A stretch of DNA of 42,756 bases from the UHGV virus genome UHGV-0334807; one strand, written 5' to 3'. Under the pieces are notes generated by a model. That model was not told where the DNA came from. It saw only the letters and a program-made list of their open reading frames with translations, and did not search any database. This stretch comes from a virus. The position numbers were made by a program, and so were the translations under genes. Shown here in pieces: positions 28,202 to 37,018 of this stretch. Numbering within the stretch: the stretch's first letter is position 1; each line of letters starts with the position of its first letter.

Positions 28202-29388
28202 CTAAAAGTCCTTTGATTCTTGCTTGGTTAACAAAATGACATAATTTTATTTAATGCCATAACAACTTAACAATATATCATAATATGATTATTATGGTGT
28301 AGCTTGTCGCATCTACGCTCCATTACAAACAGATGTAAGATATAACCTATATGTTTTAGCCAGCAAATTCGAAAGCATTCAAAGTAGTCTCATCGAACTC
28401 TCGAAACCCTATGTCTTCGGGTATAAAATATTTAAATCCATTTGCATAATATCGACTCATGTTTATTATATTCTCCCCATTCACCATTAAGATTTGACAT
28501 TATTTTCAACAATCGGTTATTGCAAGATTGAAATATATTTTTACTTGACACAATATTCCATGTAGCCCAGCGATTCGACTTACCCCCAACTATACGGACA
28601 ATCTAAATTAAATCGATGATTTTTTGATACATTCTCCTCTCTCCATTACTTTATGTTTTTGTTCCCCAAAAATACCTTGCTCTCTAAAAAATAATTGTTC
28701 TTTAAGTTCAAAATCGAGATCTACATGAGCGTTAGATACAAAGCTAATATGTTGAAATGTCTTTCCCCCCCCATAACGGCATTGTTATCTAAACTATGTT
28801 ACACAAATATAATATTACCCTTTCAACGTAATCCAAGAATAAGATTAATGCCATTATATATATCATAAATATGATATTTTGTATATTTTTATCATTTAGC
28901 CTTGATTGTACTAGGTGTACTCTCAACGAAGTAGGGAAAGTCTGTTCCTCGCTCACAGCTGCCCTTCAGTAAGCGAAAAAATGCCTACTCGGTGCCATAT
29001 ACAGCCATTGTTATTAACAGCAGGGAATAATTCAAAACTGAAATTAAATATCTACCTTTTACAGTAGAAATAGTTCCTCCAGGACACTATCCATTGCCGG
29101 GCACAATCACTCGGGGTATAACGATATAAAATATGTTCATGATAGTGCAGGTTCGTATATTAAGTTCAGCAGCGAAAACATGCCTTACAGGTTTCCGGTT
29201 TTGGGAGCGTCGTTACAGGATCCTGCGCATACCGTTCCCATCTGTTGAATTAAAGGTTTCACAGCCTTTGCCGATATCACCTTTTACCTTACCTGTGATG
29301 CGTTCAGTGCTCAGCGTTGTTTACTGTAGCTCTCGGGACTGATTACAGACCGCGTCTTAAAAACCAATCCTTACTCTAAAGGGAATTC

Positions 29389-30312
29389 ATGAGATTAAAA
29401 TACTCAGTACTCTTACTCGCCATTGCCCTTACAGGCTGTGATAACAAAAAAGATGAGATCGGTTGTTCTTCGGAAATAACCCAGTCAGCTCTCATGGATT
29501 TATTAAAAAAATCTGCTTATGAAGGACTCTCTGAACAGGTCGATAAATACCCTGATGTCACTAATCAGACCAAACGAAGCACACTGGACAAGATCAAACT
29601 AGCCATCTCTGAGATCTCCACAACATCAAGTGACACGGGCAGCACAATGAAAACTTGTGAAGGGACCGTGACGATGACTCTATCTGCGAACGAGTACGTC
29701 CAGCTTTCAGATGCTTACAGAAAGAATTTTAATCGTAATCTCGATAAGCAAATGGAAAGCCTGTTTTTGGAGAACAACGCAAACGCCTTTTCAAAACGTA
29801 TCACCTACACCGTGCAGGCGACCGACGATCAGAAAAACGTTTTTGTAAAAACCTCTACTGATAATCCGATATCAGTGGGCGCCGCTTTACTGACATCGCT
29901 TTCCATTATCACCCCGATCGTTGAGCAGCAGAAAATCCAGCAGGCTAAGGATGCCCAACAGAGTCAAATTGAAGCGGAACAACAGGTGCAACTCAGGGCG
30001 CAAGAACAGGCTAAGTATGAGGCGGAGAAGCAAATAGAGAGACAGGCACAACTTCAGCCGCAAAAAGCTGACAACCTTGATCAGTCCCGAATGGCATTTG
30101 CGAATGCCGACTCTGATTTGAGTACCGTCTGGAGCAAGTTAACCCCGGCGAAGAAAAAAGATTTGCTGCCTTCTCAGCGTCAGTGGATCAAAACTAAGGA
30201 TGCTATGTGCGGTAAAGTTTCAATGCAGGGAACAGATGCTGAAGTCAAGAAAATGGTCGACTGCCAGACGCAAATGACCCTTTCAAGAATCGCTTTCCTC
30301 AGAAACCAATAA
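29389..30312 (+). CDS. lipoprotein with Gln-rich coiled coil and DUF1311-like (LprI-like) C-terminal domain
   Basis: Signal peptide with lipobox LTGC; C-terminus with two Cys and QRQW motif resembling DUF1311. Confidence 0.5.
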   Translation: MRLKYSVLLLAIALTGCDNKKDEIGCSSEITQSALMDLLKKSAYEGLSEQVDKYPDVTNQTKRSTLDKIKLAISEISTTSSDTGSTMKTCEGTVTMTLSANEYVQLSDAYRKNFNRNLDKQMESLFLENNANAFSKRITYTVQATDDQKNVFVKTSTDNPISVGAALLTSLSIITPIVEQQKIQQAKDAQQSQIEAEQQVQLRAQEQAKYEAEKQIERQAQLQPQKADNLDQSRMAFANADSDLSTVWSKLTPAKKKDLLPSQRQWIKTKDAMCGKVSMQGTDAEVKKMVDCQTQMTLSRIAFLRNQ

Positions 30313-30326
30313 CTGAAGTCTCCTTC

Positions 30327-30360
30327 AAGCTGGCGCCAGGTGTTAACCTGGTGCCAGCTT
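30327..30360. repeat. 34 bp near-perfect palindrome (15 bp stem, 4 nt loop) at cassette boundary
   Basis: AAGCTGGCGCCAGGT-GTTA-ACCTGGTGCCAGCTT with one G-U wobble; no U-tract on either strand, so not a canonical intrinsic terminator. Confidence 0.6.
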
Positions 30361-30390
30361 AGTCATCAAGTGCATATGTAACTGTTTTAT

Positions 30391-30462
30391 ATGGGCGGTA
30401 CTTTGACAGAGGTATTCGGTCTCGTGCTGGTCGTGGTCAAATACCTTTTTAAGCGCAAATAG
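30391..30462 (+). repeat. direct repeat copy 2: orphan 23-codon gene-end fragment (MGGTLTEVFGLVLVVVKYLFKRK)
   Basis: Diverged duplicate of 26969..27040; begins with ATG right after a stop. Confidence 0.75.
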
Positions 30463-30486
30463 AGTATTTCCGCCCCAAACAACCTG

Positions 30487-31323
30487 TCAAAATGCTGAAT
30501 TAGCAACGGATATAGCCGACTTTTTCCCCATTACCATCAATTTATCCAGTGTCATACTTCGCAGATTGTCGCTGTGGATCACCAGATACCCTGCCCGCTC
30601 AGCGATCTCTTTGAAAGCGTCAAAGGTCATCAGATGTTCGCCTTTGGCAACATGGCGCATCCCGGTCACTTTTCCATTTTTGATAGTGGTGATAAAAGAA
30701 AAATCTGGAATGGTTGGGTGATTTTCATCGAGTAGCAGGCAGTGGATGTATTCAATCGCCTCTAACATTTGCGTCTGTGACAGTTGTTCTATGTGAGAGA
30801 CGGCGAAGCGTTGATGAATCATGGTGTAGGCATCGGGATACATCATGCCTTTCTTGCCGACCAGTATATTAACGGCATCACGCAAGGGAGTACGGTCATC
30901 GGTAGTTGTACTCCGCCTCTCTGGACGCTGGCTAAAATAACAATCTTCCAGCTTTTCGAAAACTTCCCAGGCCTGTTCTGTTTCCAGCATTTTGGCATGG
31001 CGAGCTGCGCCGCGTTCTGTCCAGAGAATGAGGGATCGGGTATGTTTAGCAACTGACTGACTATCTGTCAGTCTGTTTTTGAAGTCGCGTAATTCATTAC
31101 CTTCCAGCTTAAAAAAATGCTTTCCTACGACAAATCTGGCGATGTTGCGCTTGAAGTTTTGCTGGATACCATTTACTTCCGTGCCATACAAACTGGCAAG
31201 CAATTCAGTAGTGATGACGGGAAGTTGGTTATGATGTAGCGGAGAAAGGGATTCCGCAGATATTTGGACTGTCATCGCAGTGGCCTCACTTAGTGTTTTT
31301 TTCATCACCACCAGCGACGCCAA
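30487..31323 (-). CDS. antirepressor-like protein (ORF6N/AntA-type N-terminal domain)
   Basis: N-terminal region VITTELLASLYGTEVNGIQQNFKRNIARF; probable true start MTVQ at about 31275 with GAGG ribosome-binding site. Confidence 0.55.
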   Translation of the reverse strand: MASLVVMKKTLSEATAMTVQISAESLSPLHHNQLPVITTELLASLYGTEVNGIQQNFKRNIARFVVGKHFFKLEGNELRDFKNRLTDSQSVAKHTRSLILWTERGAARHAKMLETEQAWEVFEKLEDCYFSQRPERRSTTTDDRTPLRDAVNILVGKKGMMYPDAYTMIHQRFAVSHIEQLSQTQMLEAIEYIHCLLLDENHPTIPDFSFITTIKNGKVTGMRHVAKGEHLMTFDAFKEIAERAGYLVIHSDNLRSMTLDKLMVMGKKSAISVANSAF

Positions 31324-31547
31324 TCATCTGGTGGTGAGCTGTGCAGGGTTGGCGTAACCGGCTAAGTGAACCCGGCGCTTCCACAGAAGCCCCCACACAG
31401 CCCACCATAATGCGAATGTGGCCGTGCCTAACACATAAAAAAACCGCTAACGCGGCTATGCGTCACTTAGATATCCGGGACGCCAATCCCGGCAACCGAT
31501 TTTGCGGCTGCGCGGAAACTATAGCCCCGGACTTTTTCTAAGTCAAT

Positions 31548-31769
31548 TCAATCAACTTCAAACCTCCGGTGTTCACATTCCATACACTCAACGGGAACAT
31601 CATCGCGATGCAAGTCCACATATCCGACCCGCTTATACAACTCAATAATGTCCGGTAACGTGACCAGATGTTTTTCCGGTTCCAACACCTCAGCCCGGGT
31701 TACTTTGTAATCTGAAATATAGAGCACTATCCGCCCGTTCCGTGGTAACTCCAGTTTATCGCCAAACAT
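31548..31769 (-). CDS. hypothetical protein
   Basis: 73 aa ORF in the early rightward-type operon; a weak hairpin plus T7 run lies downstream at about 31436..31465. Confidence 0.3.
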   Translation of the reverse strand: MFGDKLELPRNGRIVLYISDYKVTRAEVLEPEKHLVTLPDIIELYKRVGYVDLHRDDVPVECMECEHRRFEVD

Positions 31770-31956
31770 GTCCTTTCCCTCCGGGAAACCAATGATATTG
31801 ACGATATTACACCCACAACGATTCGTTTTACGTCACTCCGCAATCACCATACATCCGTACCAATCCGTACATTCCCACCACAAAAACGATATTTGACAGG
31901 CACTGGTAATAGATTTTTAACGCGTGCTATTGCCTTGCGACGTATTTTCAATTCAC

Positions 31957-32181
31957 TCATACAGCCTCCCTGCTCTCAAACGGACGAATATTGGTTGGTT
32001 CTCCACACGGAATAGCCCAACCCAGCCAGGTAAATATTTTCAGGTCACACATCGCGTCATACCGTTCGCCAGGATTCACATCCACCATGCTGCAGGCAAT
32101 TTCATATTGTTCACCATTATCAGTCAGTGCGATCTGGTCATTAATAAACCGGGGCACAAATGCAAGAAAAAGTTCTTTCAT
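31957..32181 (-). CDS. hypothetical protein
   Basis: 74 aa ORF, translationally coupled to the next gene. Confidence 0.3.
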   Translation of the reverse strand: MKELFLAFVPRFINDQIALTDNGEQYEIACSMVDVNPGERYDAMCDLKIFTWLGWAIPCGEPTNIRPFESREAV

Positions 32182-32489
32182 GAAATTCTCCGCTCAAAAT
32201 AAACAAACTGATTCACCGCTCCGATCGGCATTTCGAGTTTTTCTGCGATATCCTGGCGATTAATACCCGACTGATGTAATTCCCTTGCCAGCTCGATATC
32301 TTCCTGGAGGTATTTCACTGACTGGTGATAATTACCCCGCAGATACATACAGATTTTCAGCTCGCGCGCTTTTGTGCGTACCGCTGCACCGGTTCTGCCA
32401 ATAAGCTGCCCTATACGTTCAACTGTCATGCTGCCCGCACATTGTTTGATGATTACGACTTCCGCACGCACCCACCGTTTGTATTTCAT
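32178..32489 (-). CDS. hypothetical DNA-binding protein
   Basis: 103 aa with two HTH-like segments. Confidence 0.3.
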   Translation of the reverse strand: MKYKRWVRAEVVIIKQCAGSMTVERIGQLIGRTGAAVRTKARELKICMYLRGNYHQSVKYLQEDIELARELHQSGINRQDIAEKLEMPIGAVNQFVYFERRIS

Positions 32490-32722
32490 TGTTCCATCAC
32501 CCCTCTCCAGTAGTTCAGACGCTCTCTGAAAAATTCCCGGTACGTATCTGGCGTCATTCCGATTTGCTCAATCACGCTTCCCCTCGGAATACGTTTCTCA
32601 AAGAGTTGGCGGATCAGCGCCGCCGCTCGCATGTCGTAGTGCTCTTTAAGCTGGTATTCCTGGGGCCATTTGGCGCGGTTGTGTGGTAAGCCGGGCGGCA
32701 GGTAATCTGATTGCCCGGCCAT
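32486..32722 (-). CDS. hypothetical protein
   Basis: 78 aa ORF overlapping its neighbours by 4 bp (operon). Confidence 0.3.
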   Translation of the reverse strand: MAGQSDYLPPGLPHNRAKWPQEYQLKEHYDMRAAALIRQLFEKRIPRGSVIEQIGMTPDTYREFFRERLNYWRGVMEQ

Positions 32723-32723
32723 A

Positions 32724-33134
32724 TCACGCCCCTTTCTTTGCTATCGGAGTGATGGAACTCAGCAGCAGGCGGCAGCGACCAGGCGCGCCAATGCGCTGCC
32801 CGGTTATCTTGTCGTAAGTTTCATGCGGTGAGGCACACCAGGTTGTCGCTGTTTCGTGGAGTTTCACTTGCCGCTCACCATTTCTGCGAATCGCGATCCC
32901 GGTGTGCGTTTTGCCCTTACGTTTCACTGCTGGCGCTGCGGCTACGGATGCCTGACGGGCAGGCTTAGCAGGGGTTGAAAAATTGCCTGCTTTAGGTCTT
33001 GGCACAAAAACCGCGCGAGTGCGCGCACGTGGCCCGACGTTCATATTCCACAAAATGACGTCGAGATAGTTTTTACCGTCGTCTATGTGTCCTTTGTCCG
33101 ACGGGTACTCTAATTTGCCTGGAGTGGTGGTCAT
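32724..33134 (-). CDS. hypothetical protein
   Basis: 136 aa ORF downstream of the helicase. Confidence 0.35.
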   Translation of the reverse strand: MTTTPGKLEYPSDKGHIDDGKNYLDVILWNMNVGPRARTRAVFVPRPKAGNFSTPAKPARQASVAAAPAVKRKGKTHTGIAIRRNGERQVKLHETATTWCASPHETYDKITGQRIGAPGRCRLLLSSITPIAKKGA

Positions 33135-33172
33135 TGGTCTTTCCTCGGTTATTTCACGCTGGTCAGGCGTGG

Positions 33173-34615
33173 TTAAAATTCATTTGTGCGAGAATTATCG
33201 CTACGGGAATAACGTTTATTTTTTTCTGAGCGGTCGTTGGTAAGGCGATAAACCTCCTCATCGCTGATATCAATAACTGAGCCATTTTTCATCAGGGCAT
33301 AGGCTGTTCCCGATGGTCCTTCGCGGTTCAGACGTAGCAACATTTCCATGAGATTTGGGTCGGCATTTTCGTTATAAACAGCATCACGATAGAGGCCAAT
33401 CCAGACATCGCAATCTTGTTCGATCTGCCCGGTATCTTTACTGTCGCTCGGGTTAGGCCGCTTATCGGCACGTTCTTCAAGCTTTCGGTTGAGTTGCGTC
33501 AGCAGGACCACAACACAATCCAGCTCTTTTGCCAGGTTCTTCAAACCGGTTGTGATATCGCCATACGCAATATCCCTACGCTCTGCCGATTCGGTCTTCA
33601 TCAGCGTCAAATAGTCAATTGCCACCAGGCCAACCGAGCCACGCATCCGTTTAACTTTTCGACATTCAGCGACAATATGCGCAAGGGTTACACCTGCCGT
33701 GCTGTCAATCATCATGTTGGATTCGGCAATCTCCCCCGCCTTTGCTATTGCGAGACTCAATTCAGATTCATCGTTAGGGCCAAGATAAAAAATCTCCGAA
33801 TTGACCTTTGCTTCCTGCGCAACCATGCGTTCAATGAGACTTCTGTCAGTCATTTCCAGGCTAAATACCAGCGTCGGCAAACGATGATTCAGAGCAAAAT
33901 GCACCGCAATTTTATTAAACGCGGCTGTCTTGCCCATTTTTGGCCGGGCACCAATAACGACCAATGAACCTCTTAACGCCTGCTTTGGTGCCATTAAGCG
34001 ATCAAGGCTTTCGATTCCGAGCGTTAGTCCGGCTGCATGTGCTGGATCATTGAAACGGCGCTCAAGGTCATCTATCCAGTCATCGACGACTTCACTTGCC
34101 GGACGCAAACCGCCCTTATGCCCGGTACGGGAATGTTCGGCCACCTGCCCAATCACTTGCTGAACGGCGGTGATCCTGTCAGTAGCAGTCATATCTGCAG
34201 GCTGGATCATAATCTCCAGACAAGAATTCAACTTTTCCACGGCATAACGAAGAATGGCTTTTTCACGTACAATTTTCGCGTAGTTGACCATTGAGGCCGG
34301 AATCGCCGCCTTACTCATTTCAGCCAGGTATGCGAATCCCCCCACGCGCTCATACAGCCCCTTCGATTCCATCAGTTCGGTCAGTGTTATCAGGTCAGTT
34401 GGTTTATCAGCTTGAAATAATCCTTTGATCTCCCGGTAGATAACCTGATGCGCATTGATATAAAACGTTTCCGGTTTCAGTAACGCAAATACCGCATTGG
34501 TTCTGTCGTGGTCGGTATTCAGCATCAGACAGCCCAGAACAGCCTGTTCTGCGTCAACGCTGTACAGTGCAATCGCGTTATTTATCATTTGCGCGTTCTT
34601 CCTTGACCGAAACAT
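33173..34615 (-). CDS. replicative DNA helicase, DnaB family
   Basis: 480 aa with Walker A GARPKMGKTA, LVFSLEM and VVLLTQLNR motifs. Confidence 0.9.
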   Translation of the reverse strand: MFRSRKNAQMINNAIALYSVDAEQAVLGCLMLNTDHDRTNAVFALLKPETFYINAHQVIYREIKGLFQADKPTDLITLTELMESKGLYERVGGFAYLAEMSKAAIPASMVNYAKIVREKAILRYAVEKLNSCLEIMIQPADMTATDRITAVQQVIGQVAEHSRTGHKGGLRPASEVVDDWIDDLERRFNDPAHAAGLTLGIESLDRLMAPKQALRGSLVVIGARPKMGKTAAFNKIAVHFALNHRLPTLVFSLEMTDRSLIERMVAQEAKVNSEIFYLGPNDESELSLAIAKAGEIAESNMMIDSTAGVTLAHIVAECRKVKRMRGSVGLVAIDYLTLMKTESAERRDIAYGDITTGLKNLAKELDCVVVLLTQLNRKLEERADKRPNPSDSKDTGQIEQDCDVWIGLYRDAVYNENADPNLMEMLLRLNREGPSGTAYALMKNGSVIDISDEEVYRLTNDRSEKNKRYSRSDNSRTNEF

Positions 34616-35333
34616 AGCAGCGTTCGGTAATCAGATAATCAAGATTTTTACGCCGCCAGAATCCTCCCCTGCCATTTGGCCTGTCCTCCAGCATCCAGCG
34701 ACAATTGCCACCGATAAATTCCAGATAGGCCCGCCAACGGGACTCATTGAAATTGAATTTTTTCCAGAAAGTGCGAAGGTGTTTTTTTCTGCCGTCAGTG
34801 AGGATTTTCACTGGTGGCATCTCTGGCAAAATCTCGTGATAGGTATCGAGTATCACCTGATAATTTATTCTCTGGTCGGCAGGTTGTTGGGTGTCGGCGT
34901 CAGCCGATTCACCATCAGTAATAATCTCTGTAGTATTCTCTGTAAGAATGTTTGTTGGTTTTCCACGTACAGGCCTGGTGGTTTTCCCCTCACCTGTATG
35001 TGGTTTTTCCGCATCCTTGTATGCGGACGTAAGTAGCTGGCACAACACATCATTATCGATTTTGTAGTACAGCCTGGCAGGCAAGCCCTGTTTACGTTCC
35101 AGCAAGACGCCGAGACCACGTAGTTTTTTGCGCGCGCCCTCCTGCTCGTATCGTGAAAGCCCTGTTTCCTCTTCCCACTCATCCTGGGTTTTATATACCC
35201 AGCCGTCGTCAGTTGTTCTGTTTGTCCAGTACGTCAACTGCGACAGAAACAATGCGGCAGTCACGCCCATTTCAAGACGGATAAAACTTCTCTGGAAGGC
35301 TATGGGTCTATCAAGTAACGGGAGGATGTTCAT
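34578..35333 (-). CDS. replication initiation protein (lambda O-like role)
   Basis: 251 aa immediately upstream of the helicase; contains iteron-like repeats within the coding sequence. Confidence 0.55.
   Translation of the reverse strand: MNILPLLDRPIAFQRSFIRLEMGVTAALFLSQLTYWTNRTTDDGWVYKTQDEWEEETGLSRYEQEGARKKLRGLGVLLERKQGLPARLYYKIDNDVLCQLLTSAYKDAEKPHTGEGKTTRPVRGKPTNILTENTTEIITDGESADADTQQPADQRINYQVILDTYHEILPEMPPVKILTDGRKKHLRTFWKKFNFNESRWRAYLEFIGGNCRWMLEDRPNGRGGFWRRKNLDYLITERCYVSVKEERANDK
34955..35025. repeat. iteron-like direct repeats (putative origin) inside the initiator gene
   Basis: Three tandem copies: TTGGTTTTCCACGTACAGG, GGTGGTTTTCCCCTCACCTGTATG, TGGTTTTTCCGCATCCTTGTATG. Confidence 0.4.
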
Positions 35334-35554
35334 ATGCCCAAAGCCTCTGAGAGAACGCGACAGCCAGCCTCATAGGCAGCGCCAGAGAGATTTTGCTCAC
35401 GCAGTTTCGCTTTTTCTTCTTCGTACTTTTCCCATACAGAACGTGCAGCTGCGACGCGGCCATCGAATATGGGGCGGATCTCTGCAACATGTGCCGGGCG
35501 TCCATTCAGGTGCCAGCCGTTACGCCAGGTAATGCGGTCAATATGTCTTAACAT
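35330..35554 (-). CDS. hypothetical protein
   Basis: 74 aa ORF between YdaT-like and initiator genes. Confidence 0.3.
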   Translation of the reverse strand: MLRHIDRITWRNGWHLNGRPAHVAEIRPIFDGRVAAARSVWEKYEEEKAKLREQNLSGAAYEAGCRVLSEALGI

Positions 35555-35593
35555 CGGTCTTTCCTCGGTATAAGTTAAACGCTGGTCAGGCGC

Positions 35594-36070
35594 TCATGCA
35601 TGGTGGTCTTGCGCAGTGCGTATCACTGCTCCTCGCGTCGCTACCAGCGCCGCTATTGCTTCGTCAATTTCCTGAATAGTTAACTCTGGCGCGAAGTGGA
35701 GATGTACAGCGTTAATCGCTTCCACCCCTTCTTTTGCCGCCAGCGTTGCCAGCAAAACGGGATCGCCCGGCGACTCCAGACGTGCCCGCCGTTCTGCGGG
35801 TAGCACGGCTTTCATCACACTGGCCAGCACCTGAGTTTTTCGGCGCGCCGCCGTTGTCTCGCCACGTAACCAGCGAAAGATTTTCTGCCGATTGTTGTTG
35901 ATGGCTCTCCAGTCCACGTTGCCGTCCGCGTCCTCAAATTCATGTAGTCTCAACTCATCATTGCGTCCCTGACTGAACCAGGCCCGGCAGATTTCAATCG
36001 TGACGAGTTCCTGCCCTGCCCTTGCCGCCCAGGTCAAAATCTCTTTTTGTAATTCCTCTTGGTTTTCCAT
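35594..36070 (-). CDS. YdaT-like protein (sits at the lambda cII position)
   Basis: 158 aa; RWLRGETTAARRKTQ...LPAERRARL parallels the recalled Rac YdaT sequence; directly downstream of the Cro-like gene. Confidence 0.5.
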   Translation of the reverse strand: MENQEELQKEILTWAARAGQELVTIEICRAWFSQGRNDELRLHEFEDADGNVDWRAINNNRQKIFRWLRGETTAARRKTQVLASVMKAVLPAERRARLESPGDPVLLATLAAKEGVEAINAVHLHFAPELTIQEIDEAIAALVATRGAVIRTAQDHHA

Positions 36071-36128
36071 AGCGTCTCCTGTCGCTAAAAATTGATTACG
36101 CTTAATCAGATTTGGGGCTCACCAACAG

Positions 36129-36395
36129 TTAAGCTGCTTCCGTTTTAGGCAAGCTGTCATCTGGGTTTGGGTAAAGATCCGGTCTAAGATCATGAGGGGT
36201 CACGCGCCATTCAAGAGCTTCAGATGTGCGCAAAACCTCTTCACCGGGAACCCGTCCTTTGAACCAGAGGCTTACCGTTTGTGGTTTTTTCCCTAATCGC
36301 CGCCCTAACTCGGATTGACTCATTACGGAAAGAATTTTGTCTTGCAGTTGTTTATCCATATGGACTCCTTGTGTCCGCGTCATCATTACAAACAA
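36129..36395 (-). CDS. Cro-like HTH regulator (YdaS-like)
   Basis: HTH followed by HDLRPDLYP motif; likely true start MDKQ at about 36349 with AAGGAG ribosome-binding site; divergent from the repressor gene. Confidence 0.6.
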   Translation of the reverse strand: MFVMMTRTQGVHMDKQLQDKILSVMSQSELGRRLGKKPQTVSLWFKGRVPGEEVLRTSEALEWRVTPHDLRPDLYPNPDDSLPKTEAA

Positions 36396-36424
36396 TAACT
36401 GTAATTACAAATTATATTTGCAAT
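36384..36424. promoter_or_regulatory. operator region: two overlapping 21 bp operators in the cro/repressor intergenic region
   Basis: ATTACA-AACAATAAC-TGTAAT (about 36385..36405) and ATTACA-AATTATATT-TGCAAT (about 36404..36424); divergent promoter elements overlap. Confidence 0.5.
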
Positions 36425-36442
36425 GCTCCCTACAATTAAACC

Positions 36443-36871
36443 TTGTATCCTTACGGTATGAACACAAAAACGAAAAACATGGCTTTTGCTAGCCGACTAC
36501 AACGGATTCTAAAAGACTTAGGCTGGTCTCAATCTGAGTTAGCTCGCCATATTGGGGTTACGGCTCAATCAGTTCAGGCATGGTGTAATGGGGTAACTCC
36601 AAGAAAAGATAAATTAGACAAGCTAGCAAAAGTGACCGGATACCCTGTTCATTTTTTCTTCATGAATGAAGGGGAATATTTGGATGAATCCACACTACAC
36701 CCGGGTAATTACAATCAAGAACTAACCCCGCAAGAACAGGCTCTACTGCAACTATTCAGAGGACTGCCTGAGAGCGAAAAAAATAAATTAATCAATGAGC
36801 TAAAAGAAAAAAGAGAGCACTTCGATCTACTGCTAAAAGAACTACTTGAAGCCAAAAACCAGACAAAATAG
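36443..36871 (+). CDS. CI-like repressor, HTH only (no S24 peptidase domain)
   Basis: 142 aa with XRE-type HTH (LGWSQSELARHIGVTAQSVQAW); divergent from cro; start codon uncertain. Confidence 0.65.
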   Translation: MYPYGMNTKTKNMAFASRLQRILKDLGWSQSELARHIGVTAQSVQAWCNGVTPRKDKLDKLAKVTGYPVHFFFMNEGEYLDESTLHPGNYNQELTPQEQALLQLFRGLPESEKNKLINELKEKREHFDLLLKELLEAKNQTK

Positions 36872-36989
36872 TTCAGTTCAAATTTCCAGGCCAGCCGCTG
36901 CTGGCATGCAACTTTCCCCTAACACAAAAACACCTTTACACAGTGAATATTTTTTTGCCCCTCACTACAAATTATTTTTTAAAAACACA

Positions 36990-37018
36990 TTGACCATTAC
37001 AAATACAAATTGTAAAGT
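36990..37018 (+). promoter_or_regulatory. leftward-type early promoter with operator (PL/OL-like)
   Basis: TTGACC, 17 nt spacer, TAAAGT, with a third ATTACA-N9-TGTAAA operator copy in the spacer; downstream of the repressor gene. Confidence 0.45.

Noticed and set aside
35594-36395. Cro-like/YdaT-like pair as a toxin-antitoxin system
   Set aside because: Their position directly follows the lambda cro then cII order upstream of the replication genes, so a regulatory (CII-analog) role is the more economical reading.
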